Virus record (IMG/VR): IMGVR_UViG_3300005589_000017
Coordinates: 1-37,793 of that record
From: a virus
Taxonomy: Duplodnaviria > Caudoviricetes
Direction: 5' to 3' (one strand)
DNA length: 37,793 nucleotides
Shown: piece after piece, positions 6,948 to 16,784 of the stretch
Numbering within the stretch: the stretch's first letter is position 1
Layout of the letters: each line of letters begins with the position of its first letter
Made by a program: the position numbers and the translations under genes
The notes under the pieces: generated by a model
Seen by the model: only the letters and a program-made list of their open reading frames with translations
What the model was told of the DNA's origin: nothing
The model's database searches: none

Positions 6948-8732
6948 ATGGCTAATAACTCAAATAATTATAACGGAATAGTAAAAAGATATGAGAACGC
7001 AATAAGTGTTAGAGCGCAATATACATCTACATGGCGTGAAATATCTAAATATACTGGTATAAAACTAGACGATGACTATTTTAATACTTTACACACTGAT
7101 AAAGCTAAGATATTAGATGAATACATAGAAGACCCAACAAGTGCAATTAGCGTTAACCAATTTGCAAACTATCTAATTGGCGTTATTTGGGGAACAGGGC
7201 AAGACATATTAAAACTTAAACCTAGCAGATGGGTACTAGAAAAGGTAGCCGTTGAAGATGTGCAATCATGGTATGACTATGCAAGCGATCAGACTCTATA
7301 TCACATGAATCATGAACGATCAGGACTTGCAAGAGCATTACAATCACACGCTTATTCACAAGGTGCTTATGGTACAAGTGGAATTGGCGCATTTGTAAAC
7401 CAAGCATTTAAAAAGGGTATAGACGAAAATGCTTTGCTATTTAGAGAATATGGCGTTGACAATATTGCTATAGGAGAAGGACCAGCAGGAGCTGCTGATT
7501 ATGTATATATACGTTATAACTGGACTGCAACAAGAATAGTTAACGAGTTTTGTTTCGATAAAGGAGCTATCTCTGATTTATCATTAAGAAATATGCCTAA
7601 GAAAATACAAGACGCATGGAATACTCAAGACGAACAAAGAGAATTTCAGCTAGTATGCTGCATATTCCCAAGAGATGACTTCAACCCTAGGCTAAAAGGT
7701 AAAAAGGGTACTAGATATAAAGGTGTTTGGTTCTTAGACGATGAGAGAACTAATATCTTTCATGAGGATGATTACAAAGACAACCCTATACCAGTTGCTA
7801 GAATTAATAAAATTAGAGGTGAAATATACGGTAGAGCCGATGCAACGATTATCATATCAACTATTAGAGCATTAAACTTTATTGTATCAAACACTATCGA
7901 GATATTAGAGAAAATGTCAGATCCACCTATCGGTATGTGGGATGGAACAGCAGGGGGAGATAATGTGATTGATACTTCATCAAGAGGTATTACTCCATTT
8001 AATCCTAGTTTATCAGCAGGACAAGCTCCTACATGGCAGCTATTTGATATTGGCGACCCTTCAGGAGTTATTAATTTCTTAATTCCTTATTTAAAGGAAC
8101 ACATCACCACAGCAAGTAGAGTTGATACATTACTAGATTTTTCAAGCTCTCAACAAATGACAGCTACAGAAAGCTTACAAAGGTATGCTATACGTGGTAA
8201 GTCTTTATCTGGTTTGTTAATAACAGAGAAGAACGAGCTACTAAGCCCATTAACTAAAAGATGCGTTAATTCTTTATGGGATTTAAATGAGCTTGGTATC
8301 AGATTTGACGACCCTAGAGTAGAATCTTTAGAGCAAGGAGATAGAACAGTTATTCCTGAAGCAATAGTACAGGTAGCTAATGAAGGCAAGCCATTCTTTG
8401 AGATAGAGTTTAACAACGAATTAGAGAACTTAACTAGAACACAGAATATAGAAAGACTATTGCAGTTTATTCAAGCTGTTCAAGCTGCATCTTCAATAGA
8501 TCCTGACATGCTACAATCTACAAATATGTATGATTGGCTACAAGAAGTATTTAGCAACTTAAGCATAACTAACCCTATGATGGTTGGAAAGATTAAGTTT
8601 GAGGATATTAAGAAAGAGATTGCAGATCAACGTAAAGCGATGATGCAGGCGCAAGTAGGTCAAGCTGGCGCAACAGCAGAAAAAGACTTAAGTCAAGCAA
8701 ACAAAAACAATGCAGAGGCACAAAATGGATAG
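6948..8732 (+). CDS. Portal (head-tail connector, T7 gp8/BPP-1-like)
   Basis: 594 aa; GEIYGR and QMTATE motifs; position after the terminase. Confidence 0.9.
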   Translation: MANNSNNYNGIVKRYENAISVRAQYTSTWREISKYTGIKLDDDYFNTLHTDKAKILDEYIEDPTSAISVNQFANYLIGVIWGTGQDILKLKPSRWVLEKVAVEDVQSWYDYASDQTLYHMNHERSGLARALQSHAYSQGAYGTSGIGAFVNQAFKKGIDENALLFREYGVDNIAIGEGPAGAADYVYIRYNWTATRIVNEFCFDKGAISDLSLRNMPKKIQDAWNTQDEQREFQLVCCIFPRDDFNPRLKGKKGTRYKGVWFLDDERTNIFHEDDYKDNPIPVARINKIRGEIYGRADATIIISTIRALNFIVSNTIEILEKMSDPPIGMWDGTAGGDNVIDTSSRGITPFNPSLSAGQAPTWQLFDIGDPSGVINFLIPYLKEHITTASRVDTLLDFSSSQQMTATESLQRYAIRGKSLSGLLITEKNELLSPLTKRCVNSLWDLNELGIRFDDPRVESLEQGDRTVIPEAIVQVANEGKPFFEIEFNNELENLTRTQNIERLLQFIQAVQAASSIDPDMLQSTNMYDWLQEVFSNLSITNPMMVGKIKFEDIKKEIADQRKAMMQAQVGQAGATAEKDLSQANKNNAEAQNG

Positions 8733-9024
8733 TAACAATTATATAAACGATACTGTGGGTAGAATCCAAAAAATAAAAGAAGATAAAGCTGAGAAGCGCA
8801 AAGAGTTTGAAGAAGAGATGTCTCTTATTATAAAGGGCGTTGCATCTACTGAGAATGGAGAAGAGTTTTTCAAAAGATTAGTTAATTACGTAGGACTATT
8901 CAAGACAGTAAAGAGTTTTGGAGAGAAAGAGCTTATTGTCTCTAGATCCCAAGAGATGGTTTATTTAAACTTAATTAGACCATATTTAACAAAAGAGCAA
9001 AGAAAGGTAATAGAAAATGACTGA
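8710..9024 (+). CDS. Small head protein (Bbp19-like)
   Basis: STENGEEFFKRL pattern between portal and scaffold; true start probably ATG 8725. Confidence 0.6.
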   Translation: MQRHKMDSNNYINDTVGRIQKIKEDKAEKRKEFEEEMSLIIKGVASTENGEEFFKRLVNYVGLFKTVKSFGEKELIVSRSQEMVYLNLIRPYLTKEQRKVIEND

Positions 9025-9829
9025 TACAATTGAAACAGCACCAGTAGATAATACACCAGCAGAAACAACTGTAGACACAGGAGCGTCTGTAGATACAGGA
9101 TCTAATGTAGAAACATCTAGTGCAGAACCTCAAGCAAGTTGGAGAGATGGATTATCAGAAGATTTTAGAAGTAACGAATCATTATCAGAGTTTAATTCTG
9201 TTGACGATTTAGTTAAAAGCTTCTTAGACGGTAAAAATCAAACAGCAGAATACCCAACTAGTGAATGGGATGAAGAAAAGTTAAACGATTACTACTCTAA
9301 GATAAGACCTGAAAGTGAAGAGTCATACAAATTCAATGAAGCTTTTGATGAGGATGATGTTAAATTCTTTTCTAAAACAGCACATGACAATGGCTTAACA
9401 GAAAAACAAGCTGAAAATATGTCTAATGCAATTGCTGAGATAGGCAACAAACAAAGAGAAGAGCTTTACTCAAAAGAAGGTTACGAGAAAACAATGGGTG
9501 ATATATTCCAAGGAAACGAAGAAGAAAGGACACAAGTTCTTAATCACATAAAAGATTCTTATAGCGATGAAGATAAGGCAATTATCGAAAGCATGCCTAA
9601 TGAGTATGTTGGTATTCTATTTAAAGGCATTAAAAACGATCTTAAGGCATTTGGTGCTAATGAGGGCACAGCTTTAAATAATCCAGCTAACGGAGGTGTT
9701 ATGAGCGAAGATGCTGTTAAGCAACAAAGAGCAGGTATCAAGAAAGAAATAGAAGCTCTTTCTACAAAACCTCATACTAGAGAGCAAAAATCAGAACTAT
9801 TAAACAGACTACAATCAACATATAAATAA
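9017..9829 (+). CDS. Capsid scaffolding protein
   Basis: Acidic; W..GL.EDFR, DDLVKSF, RPES and GLTEKQA patterns. Confidence 0.8.
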   Translation: MTDTIETAPVDNTPAETTVDTGASVDTGSNVETSSAEPQASWRDGLSEDFRSNESLSEFNSVDDLVKSFLDGKNQTAEYPTSEWDEEKLNDYYSKIRPESEESYKFNEAFDEDDVKFFSKTAHDNGLTEKQAENMSNAIAEIGNKQREELYSKEGYEKTMGDIFQGNEEERTQVLNHIKDSYSDEDKAIIESMPNEYVGILFKGIKNDLKAFGANEGTALNNPANGGVMSEDAVKQQRAGIKKEIEALSTKPHTREQKSELLNRLQSTYK

Positions 9830-9841
9830 GGGTAAAAAAAT

Positions 9842-10492
9842 ATGAAAGCATTAAAAGTTACAATTTCAGGAACATATAAAGATTCATCAAATGAAGTTAA
9901 AGAATATGAAAATATAACAGGAACTATTCCTTTCTGTGATGAAGGTAAAGCACACCAAGCTTGTAAAAATAGATATGCTAAGATATGGATCTCAGCTAAA
10001 CACTCGCTACCTAAACACATTAGAGAGGTTTATTTAGATGATATTGAGGAAGTAGAATCTAATTTCTCATTTGTTAATAAAGATATTAAAGAGATGAATG
10101 CAGCAGAATTACAAGATTTAGCTGTTTATCTAGACTTAAAACTTCCAGAATATAAGAAAACCTCTTTAAGAAACTCAAGAGTGAAAGCAGTTGAGAAATA
10201 TCTTTTAAACATTAAAGGTGTACCTCAAGATAAAGTAAACCTAGTAATGTCTAATACCTTTTCAGATTTACCACCTTGTGTAATTAATGAGAAAGAAGAG
10301 AAAAAGGTTGATGACAGACAAGAGGAAGACCTTTCTTTAGAGCTAGAAAAGTATGGTGTTAAAATGGTTAACACAGAAGAACAGGAGAATTATTCTCTTG
10401 AAGATCTTAAAAATATTGCAAGAGCAAGAAATATTAAACACAATCCAAATATAGGACATGATAAGCTATACAAGAAAATCTTTGACAAATAA
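9842..10492 (+). CDS. Hypothetical head-module protein with a C-terminal HeH/LEM-like motif
   Basis: YSLEDLKNIARARNIKHNPNIGHDKLYKKI. Confidence 0.6.
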   Translation: MKALKVTISGTYKDSSNEVKEYENITGTIPFCDEGKAHQACKNRYAKIWISAKHSLPKHIREVYLDDIEEVESNFSFVNKDIKEMNAAELQDLAVYLDLKLPEYKKTSLRNSRVKAVEKYLLNIKGVPQDKVNLVMSNTFSDLPPCVINEKEEKKVDDRQEEDLSLELEKYGVKMVNTEEQENYSLEDLKNIARARNIKHNPNIGHDKLYKKIFDK

Positions 10493-10510
10493 ACATTTAT
10501 ATAGTAAAAT
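10482..10510 (+). promoter_or_regulatory. sigma70-type promoter for the capsid gene
   Basis: TTGACA-17-TAAAAT. Confidence 0.65.
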
Positions 10511-10590
10511 TATATATTAAGGACAAGTAAAGCCTTGTAAAAGTAAATTTGCTATTGGTTTATAATGCAAAATAAATGGAGGATTGAAGT

Positions 10591-11517
10591 ATGACTTCAG
10601 TAACTACATCTCCTAGCATTACACAGGCTCAATTGCAAATGTTTAGAGATAACTTTTACGAGTTAACTCAACAAACAAAATCAAGGCTTGTAGGTGCAGG
10701 AGTAGCAATGTTTATGTCTTCAGATGGTAAGACACATAACTTTGCAAGAATGGGAAGACTAGAACTAGATAAAGTAGATGGTCGTAACCCAGACAAACAA
10801 TATGAAGACTATTCAGTAGATAATAGACAATTTAGTAAAGACAGATACACAAAAACTGTAACTATCGATGCTAAAGATGACATTAACGAATTAATCTCTG
10901 ACCCTACTTCGAATATTTTAAGACAATTAAATAATGCGAAGGAAAGAGTTATTGATAGAGTTATTGCAAAAAATGCTATTGGCTCAGTAAAAGTTGGTAG
11001 CCCAGATCAAACACCTACAGAACTAACAGCCGCTAATGACGGTGTGTTAGAAGTAGATGCATCAGCTGGTGTAACATATGAAAAAATTCAAGAAATAACA
11101 CAAAACTTTATTAACAATGATTTTGACTATGATGATTTTAAAGGATCATGTGTAGTTGTTTCAGGTAAAGAAAATACAGATTTAATGGGTGAGATTGAGT
11201 TTATTAATAATGACTATATCTCTTCAAGACCTGTTGAAGAAGGAATCATGAAAGAAACAGGAACTTACAAAGTTGTAATGTTTGCTGGTTCAGATTCTAA
11301 CATCACAGTTAACAACCCAGTTATCCCTGAAGGTACTACAACACGTTCATGTATGGTATTAGCTCCTGAAGCTGTTGCTGTTGCAATGGAATTAGCAGAT
11401 CTATCAGTTGAAAAAAGTGCTAAAAAAGTTAATTCTTATGACATCACTATTGACTACTGGATTGGCGCAATGCGTACTGAAGGTGTTAAAGTTCAAACAC
11501 TGAAAACTACAATTTAG
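10591..11517 (+). CDS. Major capsid protein
   Basis: 308 aa; LTQQTKSRL, ISDPTS and GAMRTEGVKV patterns; strong RBS GGAGG. Confidence 0.9.
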   Translation: MTSVTTSPSITQAQLQMFRDNFYELTQQTKSRLVGAGVAMFMSSDGKTHNFARMGRLELDKVDGRNPDKQYEDYSVDNRQFSKDRYTKTVTIDAKDDINELISDPTSNILRQLNNAKERVIDRVIAKNAIGSVKVGSPDQTPTELTAANDGVLEVDASAGVTYEKIQEITQNFINNDFDYDDFKGSCVVVSGKENTDLMGEIEFINNDYISSRPVEEGIMKETGTYKVVMFAGSDSNITVNNPVIPEGTTTRSCMVLAPEAVAVAMELADLSVEKSAKKVNSYDITIDYWIGAMRTEGVKVQTLKTTI

Positions 11518-11529
11518 GAGTATAATATT

Positions 11530-12030
11530 ATGGCTATAATTTTTTCAGATGGGTACACAGATAAAGAAAACAATGTGTTTTACAGAACAGGTAAAAACCT
11601 TAGAACAGTAAACTCTAAATTGACAGTTGCTAGCGCGACTTCAACAATCGGAGATATTTACGTTCTTTCACCTAGTTTAACACTAAATTCTAAAATCCAT
11701 AGAATCATGACACCAGCAGGCGTAACAGCTATTACTGGTTTCTCAGATAACGATCTAGGTTTTTATTACTTGAAGAATGACGTTCTAACAGCAATCGATG
11801 CAGATGTTCTTGTTGATGCTTTAGACCTATCTTCTAACGTTGCAAATATTGACTTATTGTCAAACAATGCAGCGCTTGATAAATCTCTAACTATCGGAGA
11901 ATTGATCAGTAAAGGTTCAGATGCAGGATATGCAGACGGAATTTTCCTATGTATGACTGTAAACTCAGCAGCTACTGCTGATGGAGTTGTTGACTTAGAT
12001 ATTAAAATCGAAGAATCAACAGCAAATTAA
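11530..12030 (+). CDS. Capsid decoration/cement protein (putative)
   Basis: Beta-rich, directly after the MCP and before a terminator. Confidence 0.6.
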   Translation: MAIIFSDGYTDKENNVFYRTGKNLRTVNSKLTVASATSTIGDIYVLSPSLTLNSKIHRIMTPAGVTAITGFSDNDLGFYYLKNDVLTAIDADVLVDALDLSSNVANIDLLSNNAALDKSLTIGELISKGSDAGYADGIFLCMTVNSAATADGVVDLDIKIEESTAN

Positions 12031-12036
12031 ATATAC

Positions 12037-12066
12037 TAGGCGGGTTTAACCGCTCGCCTATTCATT
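12037..12066 (+). terminator. Hairpin / weak intrinsic terminator after the capsid genes
   Basis: taggcggg-tttaaccg-ctcgccta with a weak U tract. Confidence 0.55.
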
Positions 12067-12081
12067 AAAAGAGGTGATAAT

Positions 12082-12696
12082 ATGGCAAATAGTGCAGTAG
12101 ATATATGCAACATGGCTTTAAGTTATTTAGGTAATTATGGTACTGTTACTGACATAGAAAAGCCCGAAGATTCAAAAGAAATAGTATTCTCTATATGGTA
12201 TGAAACTGTAAGAAAAAAACTTTTAAGAAACAGCATGCCAAACTTTGCGTTAAAAAGAAAGAGAGTAGCTTTAACAACAGAAATTCCAGCTTTTGGTTAT
12301 ACTTATGCTTATGAATACCCAAAAGACACACTAAAGCTTTTAGGCATAGATGATTTAGATTTAAAGAAAAATAACTATTCTGTAGAAGGTGATTATATTT
12401 ATACTAATGATTTTTACGGAGAAGGCTTACCAATAAGATATGTGGCAGATATAAAAGATGTAACCAAATTCGCAGATGATTGGGCTATATTATTAAGTAT
12501 GCATCTTGCTAGTGCTGTTGCATATCCAATAACACAAGACACAGAAAAGAAAGCCTATATAGACAAATTAATTCAGTTAGAAAATGCTACTGTAGGATCT
12601 GTTAACTCACAAGAGAATAGACCTATAAGGCTGTCTTATAGCAGGTTCCAAATGGCAAGGCGTACAGATTATCCAAACGTAAACAATAAAAAGTAA
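12082..12696 (+). CDS. Tail tubular protein A / head-tail adaptor
   Basis: SAVDICNMALSYLG, NFALKR, YAYEYPKD. Confidence 0.85.
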   Translation: MANSAVDICNMALSYLGNYGTVTDIEKPEDSKEIVFSIWYETVRKKLLRNSMPNFALKRKRVALTTEIPAFGYTYAYEYPKDTLKLLGIDDLDLKKNNYSVEGDYIYTNDFYGEGLPIRYVADIKDVTKFADDWAILLSMHLASAVAYPITQDTEKKAYIDKLIQLENATVGSVNSQENRPIRLSYSRFQMARRTDYPNVNNKK

Positions 12697-12702
12697 TAAG
12701 AC

Positions 12703-14703
12703 ATGGCAAGAATAACATCAATTTTTAATAACTTTGCTAGCGGTAAAATAGACCATGATGTAGACGGTAGATTCGATCTTCCATTGTATAAAAATGGCGC
12801 AGATGTTTTTACTAACTTTATAAGTAACTTTAAAGGCAATGCTATATATAGAAGTGGTTTCAAATTAGTTGAAGAATTTGAAGATTGTGTATTCGTAGAG
12901 TTTAAATTCTCAAAAGAACAATCCTATCTTTGCTTATTCTATGAAAATAAAGTGAAATTCTTAACTTATGATGCACAAGGGAATTTAGGGTTTGTATTAG
13001 ACGGTTCTAGCAATGTTTATGAGTTAGCTAGCCCTTACACATTAGAACAAGCAAGAACGATTCAGTGGGCCCAAAACGCAGACGTAATGAAGATAGTGCA
13101 TACAGATGTAGTGCCACAAGATTTTAAAAGATTAACTGCTAATACATTTTCATTTACACCATCAACAACAACAGGTATAGACTGGGGCACAACGTTTGGT
13201 TATCCTACTAGTGTATTATTTAAAGATGGTAGACTATATTTTTCAAGAATAACTACTGTATGGGGATCAGAAGCAGGGGATTATGAAGAATTTACAGTAC
13301 CTACAAGTATAGTTGCAGACTCTCCATTCACAGTAACTATTGCTGATGTAGTAGAGCCTATATCATGGCTAAAAGGTAGCGATAATGCTATTATTTTAGG
13401 TAATTCAGAGAACATAATTGCATTAGGAGGCGGTGGCGTAGATACTCCATTAACAGCAAGTAATGTGTTTGCTCGAATAACAGGTGTCGAAGGATCTGAT
13501 ACGACTATTCCAATTAGTAAAGATAACCTATTATTTTATATAGGGTCAAATAGTAGAAATGTATTTTACTTTGCTTATGAGTTATTAAGCGAATCATACA
13601 AAGCAAATGATGGTAACTTCATTAGCTATGATATAACAAGACAAGGTGTGAAGAAGTTAAAATTCAAAAAAGATAGAGACGATTTAATATACACAGTAAC
13701 TAACGATGGTAAGCTGTTATCTCTTAACTTTAAACAACAAGAAAACATTAATGGCTGGAGTCTACAGGAAACAGACGGTTTAATTCAGGATATAGCTACG
13801 ATTTCGGATCAAGATGGCAATACACAGTTATTTACATTAGTAAAAAGAAATGGTAGCTATTATATAGAAATATTATCTCCATTAATAGAATTTTCTAAAA
13901 GAGAAGACTTTTTTACTGATGACGAAAAAACAGACTTTGAAGCTTACAATAGGAAATTAGGAGAAGAATTAAAAGAATGTATATTCTTAGATAATTCACA
14001 ATGTGTTAACAATTTAAAAGAAATAAATATAACCTATTCAAATGATCAGATAGTTGCGGATTCAGCAGTATTTTCAGCAGGAGATGTAGATAAGTTTATA
14101 GTTTACAAAACTAAAACTGGCTATGAAAAAGGTAGGTTTAAAATAACTAACTATGTAAATGATACTACAGTAGATGTTGAGGTTATAATAGCACCTTCAC
14201 AGAATACTTATGATTTATGGTATTTAACATTTACCTCACTAACTGCCCTTGATAGATTCAATGGAACAGAAGTTAGCGTTGTTGCTGACGGTTCTTATAT
14301 AGGAGAATTTCCTGTAACAAGTGGTAATTTAGAAATAGACAGGGCTGCAACTAGCTTATGTATTGGTTTAAGATATACTGGAACTATAAAAACATTTAGT
14401 TTAGGTGTAGTGGGAGAAGGTGTGAGTACACAACAAACACAAAAGAGCATATTTGAGGTTGGTGTCAGAGCAATAGAAACAGCAGGTGGATTAGTTGGAT
14501 CTACTCCTTATAGATTAGAACCTATCCAGGATTTAAAACAAGGAGATATAAATTATCTACCAACTACTTTAATTGATAACACAAAAATGGTACAATACGT
14601 AGACAACAGTCAAAGAGACAAATATTTATATATAGTTCAAGATAAACCATTACCAATGAGACTTACTTGTCTTATAGTAAACTGCAAGCATGGGATGAAT
14701 TAA
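12703..14703 (+). CDS. Tail tubular protein B / nozzle
   Basis: NNFASGKI N-terminus, QNADVM, GLRY, QDKPLPMRL C-terminus. Confidence 0.85.
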   Translation: MARITSIFNNFASGKIDHDVDGRFDLPLYKNGADVFTNFISNFKGNAIYRSGFKLVEEFEDCVFVEFKFSKEQSYLCLFYENKVKFLTYDAQGNLGFVLDGSSNVYELASPYTLEQARTIQWAQNADVMKIVHTDVVPQDFKRLTANTFSFTPSTTTGIDWGTTFGYPTSVLFKDGRLYFSRITTVWGSEAGDYEEFTVPTSIVADSPFTVTIADVVEPISWLKGSDNAIILGNSENIIALGGGGVDTPLTASNVFARITGVEGSDTTIPISKDNLLFYIGSNSRNVFYFAYELLSESYKANDGNFISYDITRQGVKKLKFKKDRDDLIYTVTNDGKLLSLNFKQQENINGWSLQETDGLIQDIATISDQDGNTQLFTLVKRNGSYYIEILSPLIEFSKREDFFTDDEKTDFEAYNRKLGEELKECIFLDNSQCVNNLKEINITYSNDQIVADSAVFSAGDVDKFIVYKTKTGYEKGRFKITNYVNDTTVDVEVIIAPSQNTYDLWYLTFTSLTALDRFNGTEVSVVADGSYIGEFPVTSGNLEIDRAATSLCIGLRYTGTIKTFSLGVVGEGVSTQQTQKSIFEVGVRAIETAGGLVGSTPYRLEPIQDLKQGDINYLPTTLIDNTKMVQYVDNSQRDKYLYIVQDKPLPMRLTCLIVNCKHGMN

Positions 14704-15120
14704 ATGGCATTATTAACAGCATTAATGATAGGAAGTACAGCTTTAAAAATAGGAACAGGCTATTTAAACGCGAAGAATCAAACTAAAGCTTTAGCAGAAC
14801 AAAAAGCTATACAAGCAAAAGAATTAAAAAAGAGCATCCTTGCTAGGACAGGTGCACAGAGAGCATCGTATTTAGCTTCTGGGCTTACTCTTGAAGGAAC
14901 GCCTATGGAGGTCATAAAAGATACCTACGATGCAGGATATGAAGATTTAAAGCAACTACAATCTAATTACAAAAGGACTAGTAGAAATATTATGGGTAGT
15001 TTTTATTCTAATGCTATGGGAGATATAGCATCAACTGGAATGGGCATGTCAGATTTTGGCGGAGGGCTTGCCAATACTGCTGGAACTACAGAGACAACAT
15101 CATTTAGGAGTGTATTTTAA
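14704..15120 (+). CDS. Internal virion (ejection) protein, small
   Basis: GAQRASYLASGLTLEGTP motif; Gly/Ala-rich ends. Confidence 0.75.
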   Translation: MALLTALMIGSTALKIGTGYLNAKNQTKALAEQKAIQAKELKKSILARTGAQRASYLASGLTLEGTPMEVIKDTYDAGYEDLKQLQSNYKRTSRNIMGSFYSNAMGDIASTGMGMSDFGGGLANTAGTTETTSFRSVF

Positions 15121-16784
15121 TGGCTAGAGAAACAATTGCGACAAGACAGATTACAAATGTAGTACCAAAAGGCGACTCTATCTTATCAGGTGCTGCAAGT
15201 ACATTAAACAGTTTTGTAAAAGAGGCATATAAAACATCTGAAAATTCTAAAATAGTAAACAATTATTCTAAGGCACAATTAGAGATAAACGATTTAACTA
15301 AGAAATACAGGGTACAGAACGCTAGTGATCCTCAATCAAACAAAGAAAATTACGAGTATGATGTTAAAAGTATATTGGATAAATATGGGAGTGATATAGG
15401 CTCAGGATTTAAAACAAAGTGGGCCGCTCAATCAAATAACTTGATTAATAAAACAAGAGTTAGTAACCAAGCATGGGAATTTGAGCAAAACGCATCAAAC
15501 TCCTTAATGAACTTTGAGGATTCTAAACAAAACAATTACGATATTGCTTTTCAGAATGGTGTAGCATTTGGTGGTGGAGATGGAGAAATAGAGTCAGTAT
15601 TAGACTTTTCTAAATCAAGAGAAGATTTAAAAGGTTTGCTTGCTGAATCTTTTGATGAGTCAAGCATAGAAACAGAACTAAAAGATTATGATACTAACTA
15701 TACTACTAATTTTATAACTGGTATAGCGCAAACCGATCCAAATAGAGCTGAAGAGTTACTAAAAGATAAAAAAGTATATGAGAATTTAGATGCTGCATCA
15801 TTCAAAAAAGTAGATAAAGAAATAAAGAGACAGCAAGGAATTTATCAGCAGAGACTAGTTGATAATTATAAAAATGGAGTAGATGTTCAATTTAGAGATA
15901 ACCCTTTTAAATTTGAAGAAGAGTCAAAAAAATTTAATGATAACCCTGTTGAAATGCAAAAGGCTTTAGGGGTTGATAGAAAAACATATGATAAGATGAA
16001 ATCATACAATAACACTCTTAAAAAGACTTATGATGACTTAAACCAGAAAACAAATCCAAATACAGGCAGCCTATATTCAGAAGAAGAAATTGCAAGAGTT
16101 TCCAATTTAACCAGCGCGGCTACGACTAGTTATGATTTACTTAACTTAGGCACAGTTACTAAAAAAGGAGAGTCTAAAACAGCTATTAAGAATCCTGAAT
16201 ATAACAATTTTGGATCTGTTCTTGATGTTAGATCACAAATGCAAAACTCCGTAAACGAAGGTGGTAAGATAGATTCATTTAATAACAAGATGAGTAAAAC
16301 TTCTGCTGCATTGGTAGAAATGATGAGAGAAAAGCAAGATACAGGCTTTAGTGTTTTTGGAGTTCCTATTTCTAAAGCTAATACTGAAGAAAAACTATCA
16401 AGTTTAGTTATGCAAGATATGGAAGGTGCAGACTCTTTAAAGGCAGATGTATTTGAAAATGTTTATAATAGGATGATAGATGAGGGTATACCTTACAATA
16501 GTACAAACGGTAATAACCTTGATAGAATAGAAACCATGTACAAGGAAGAAAAATACCGCACTCTTAAAAATGTACATCCTAAGGCTTTTGAGAGCCCAGC
16601 AGAATATATTTTAGGTAGAGGTAGAATGCAGACATTTAGCGACAAGCCAGATTTAACAGTTGGAGCTGTTATTGATAACTTTGGTGGATACGAAAAAGCA
16701 AAGGTTGGTGTTAAGAGCTTTGACATATTAAGAGATAAACAAGGTAATATTATAGATGCAAGGGAATCATTAGATGACAGATAA
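15120..16784 (+). CDS. Internal virion (ejection) protein, medium
   Basis: Helical 554-aa protein in the ejection-protein position. Confidence 0.65.
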   Translation: MARETIATRQITNVVPKGDSILSGAASTLNSFVKEAYKTSENSKIVNNYSKAQLEINDLTKKYRVQNASDPQSNKENYEYDVKSILDKYGSDIGSGFKTKWAAQSNNLINKTRVSNQAWEFEQNASNSLMNFEDSKQNNYDIAFQNGVAFGGGDGEIESVLDFSKSREDLKGLLAESFDESSIETELKDYDTNYTTNFITGIAQTDPNRAEELLKDKKVYENLDAASFKKVDKEIKRQQGIYQQRLVDNYKNGVDVQFRDNPFKFEEESKKFNDNPVEMQKALGVDRKTYDKMKSYNNTLKKTYDDLNQKTNPNTGSLYSEEEIARVSNLTSAATTSYDLLNLGTVTKKGESKTAIKNPEYNNFGSVLDVRSQMQNSVNEGGKIDSFNNKMSKTSAALVEMMREKQDTGFSVFGVPISKANTEEKLSSLVMQDMEGADSLKADVFENVYNRMIDEGIPYNSTNGNNLDRIETMYKEEKYRTLKNVHPKAFESPAEYILGRGRMQTFSDKPDLTVGAVIDNFGGYEKAKVGVKSFDILRDKQGNIIDARESLDDR

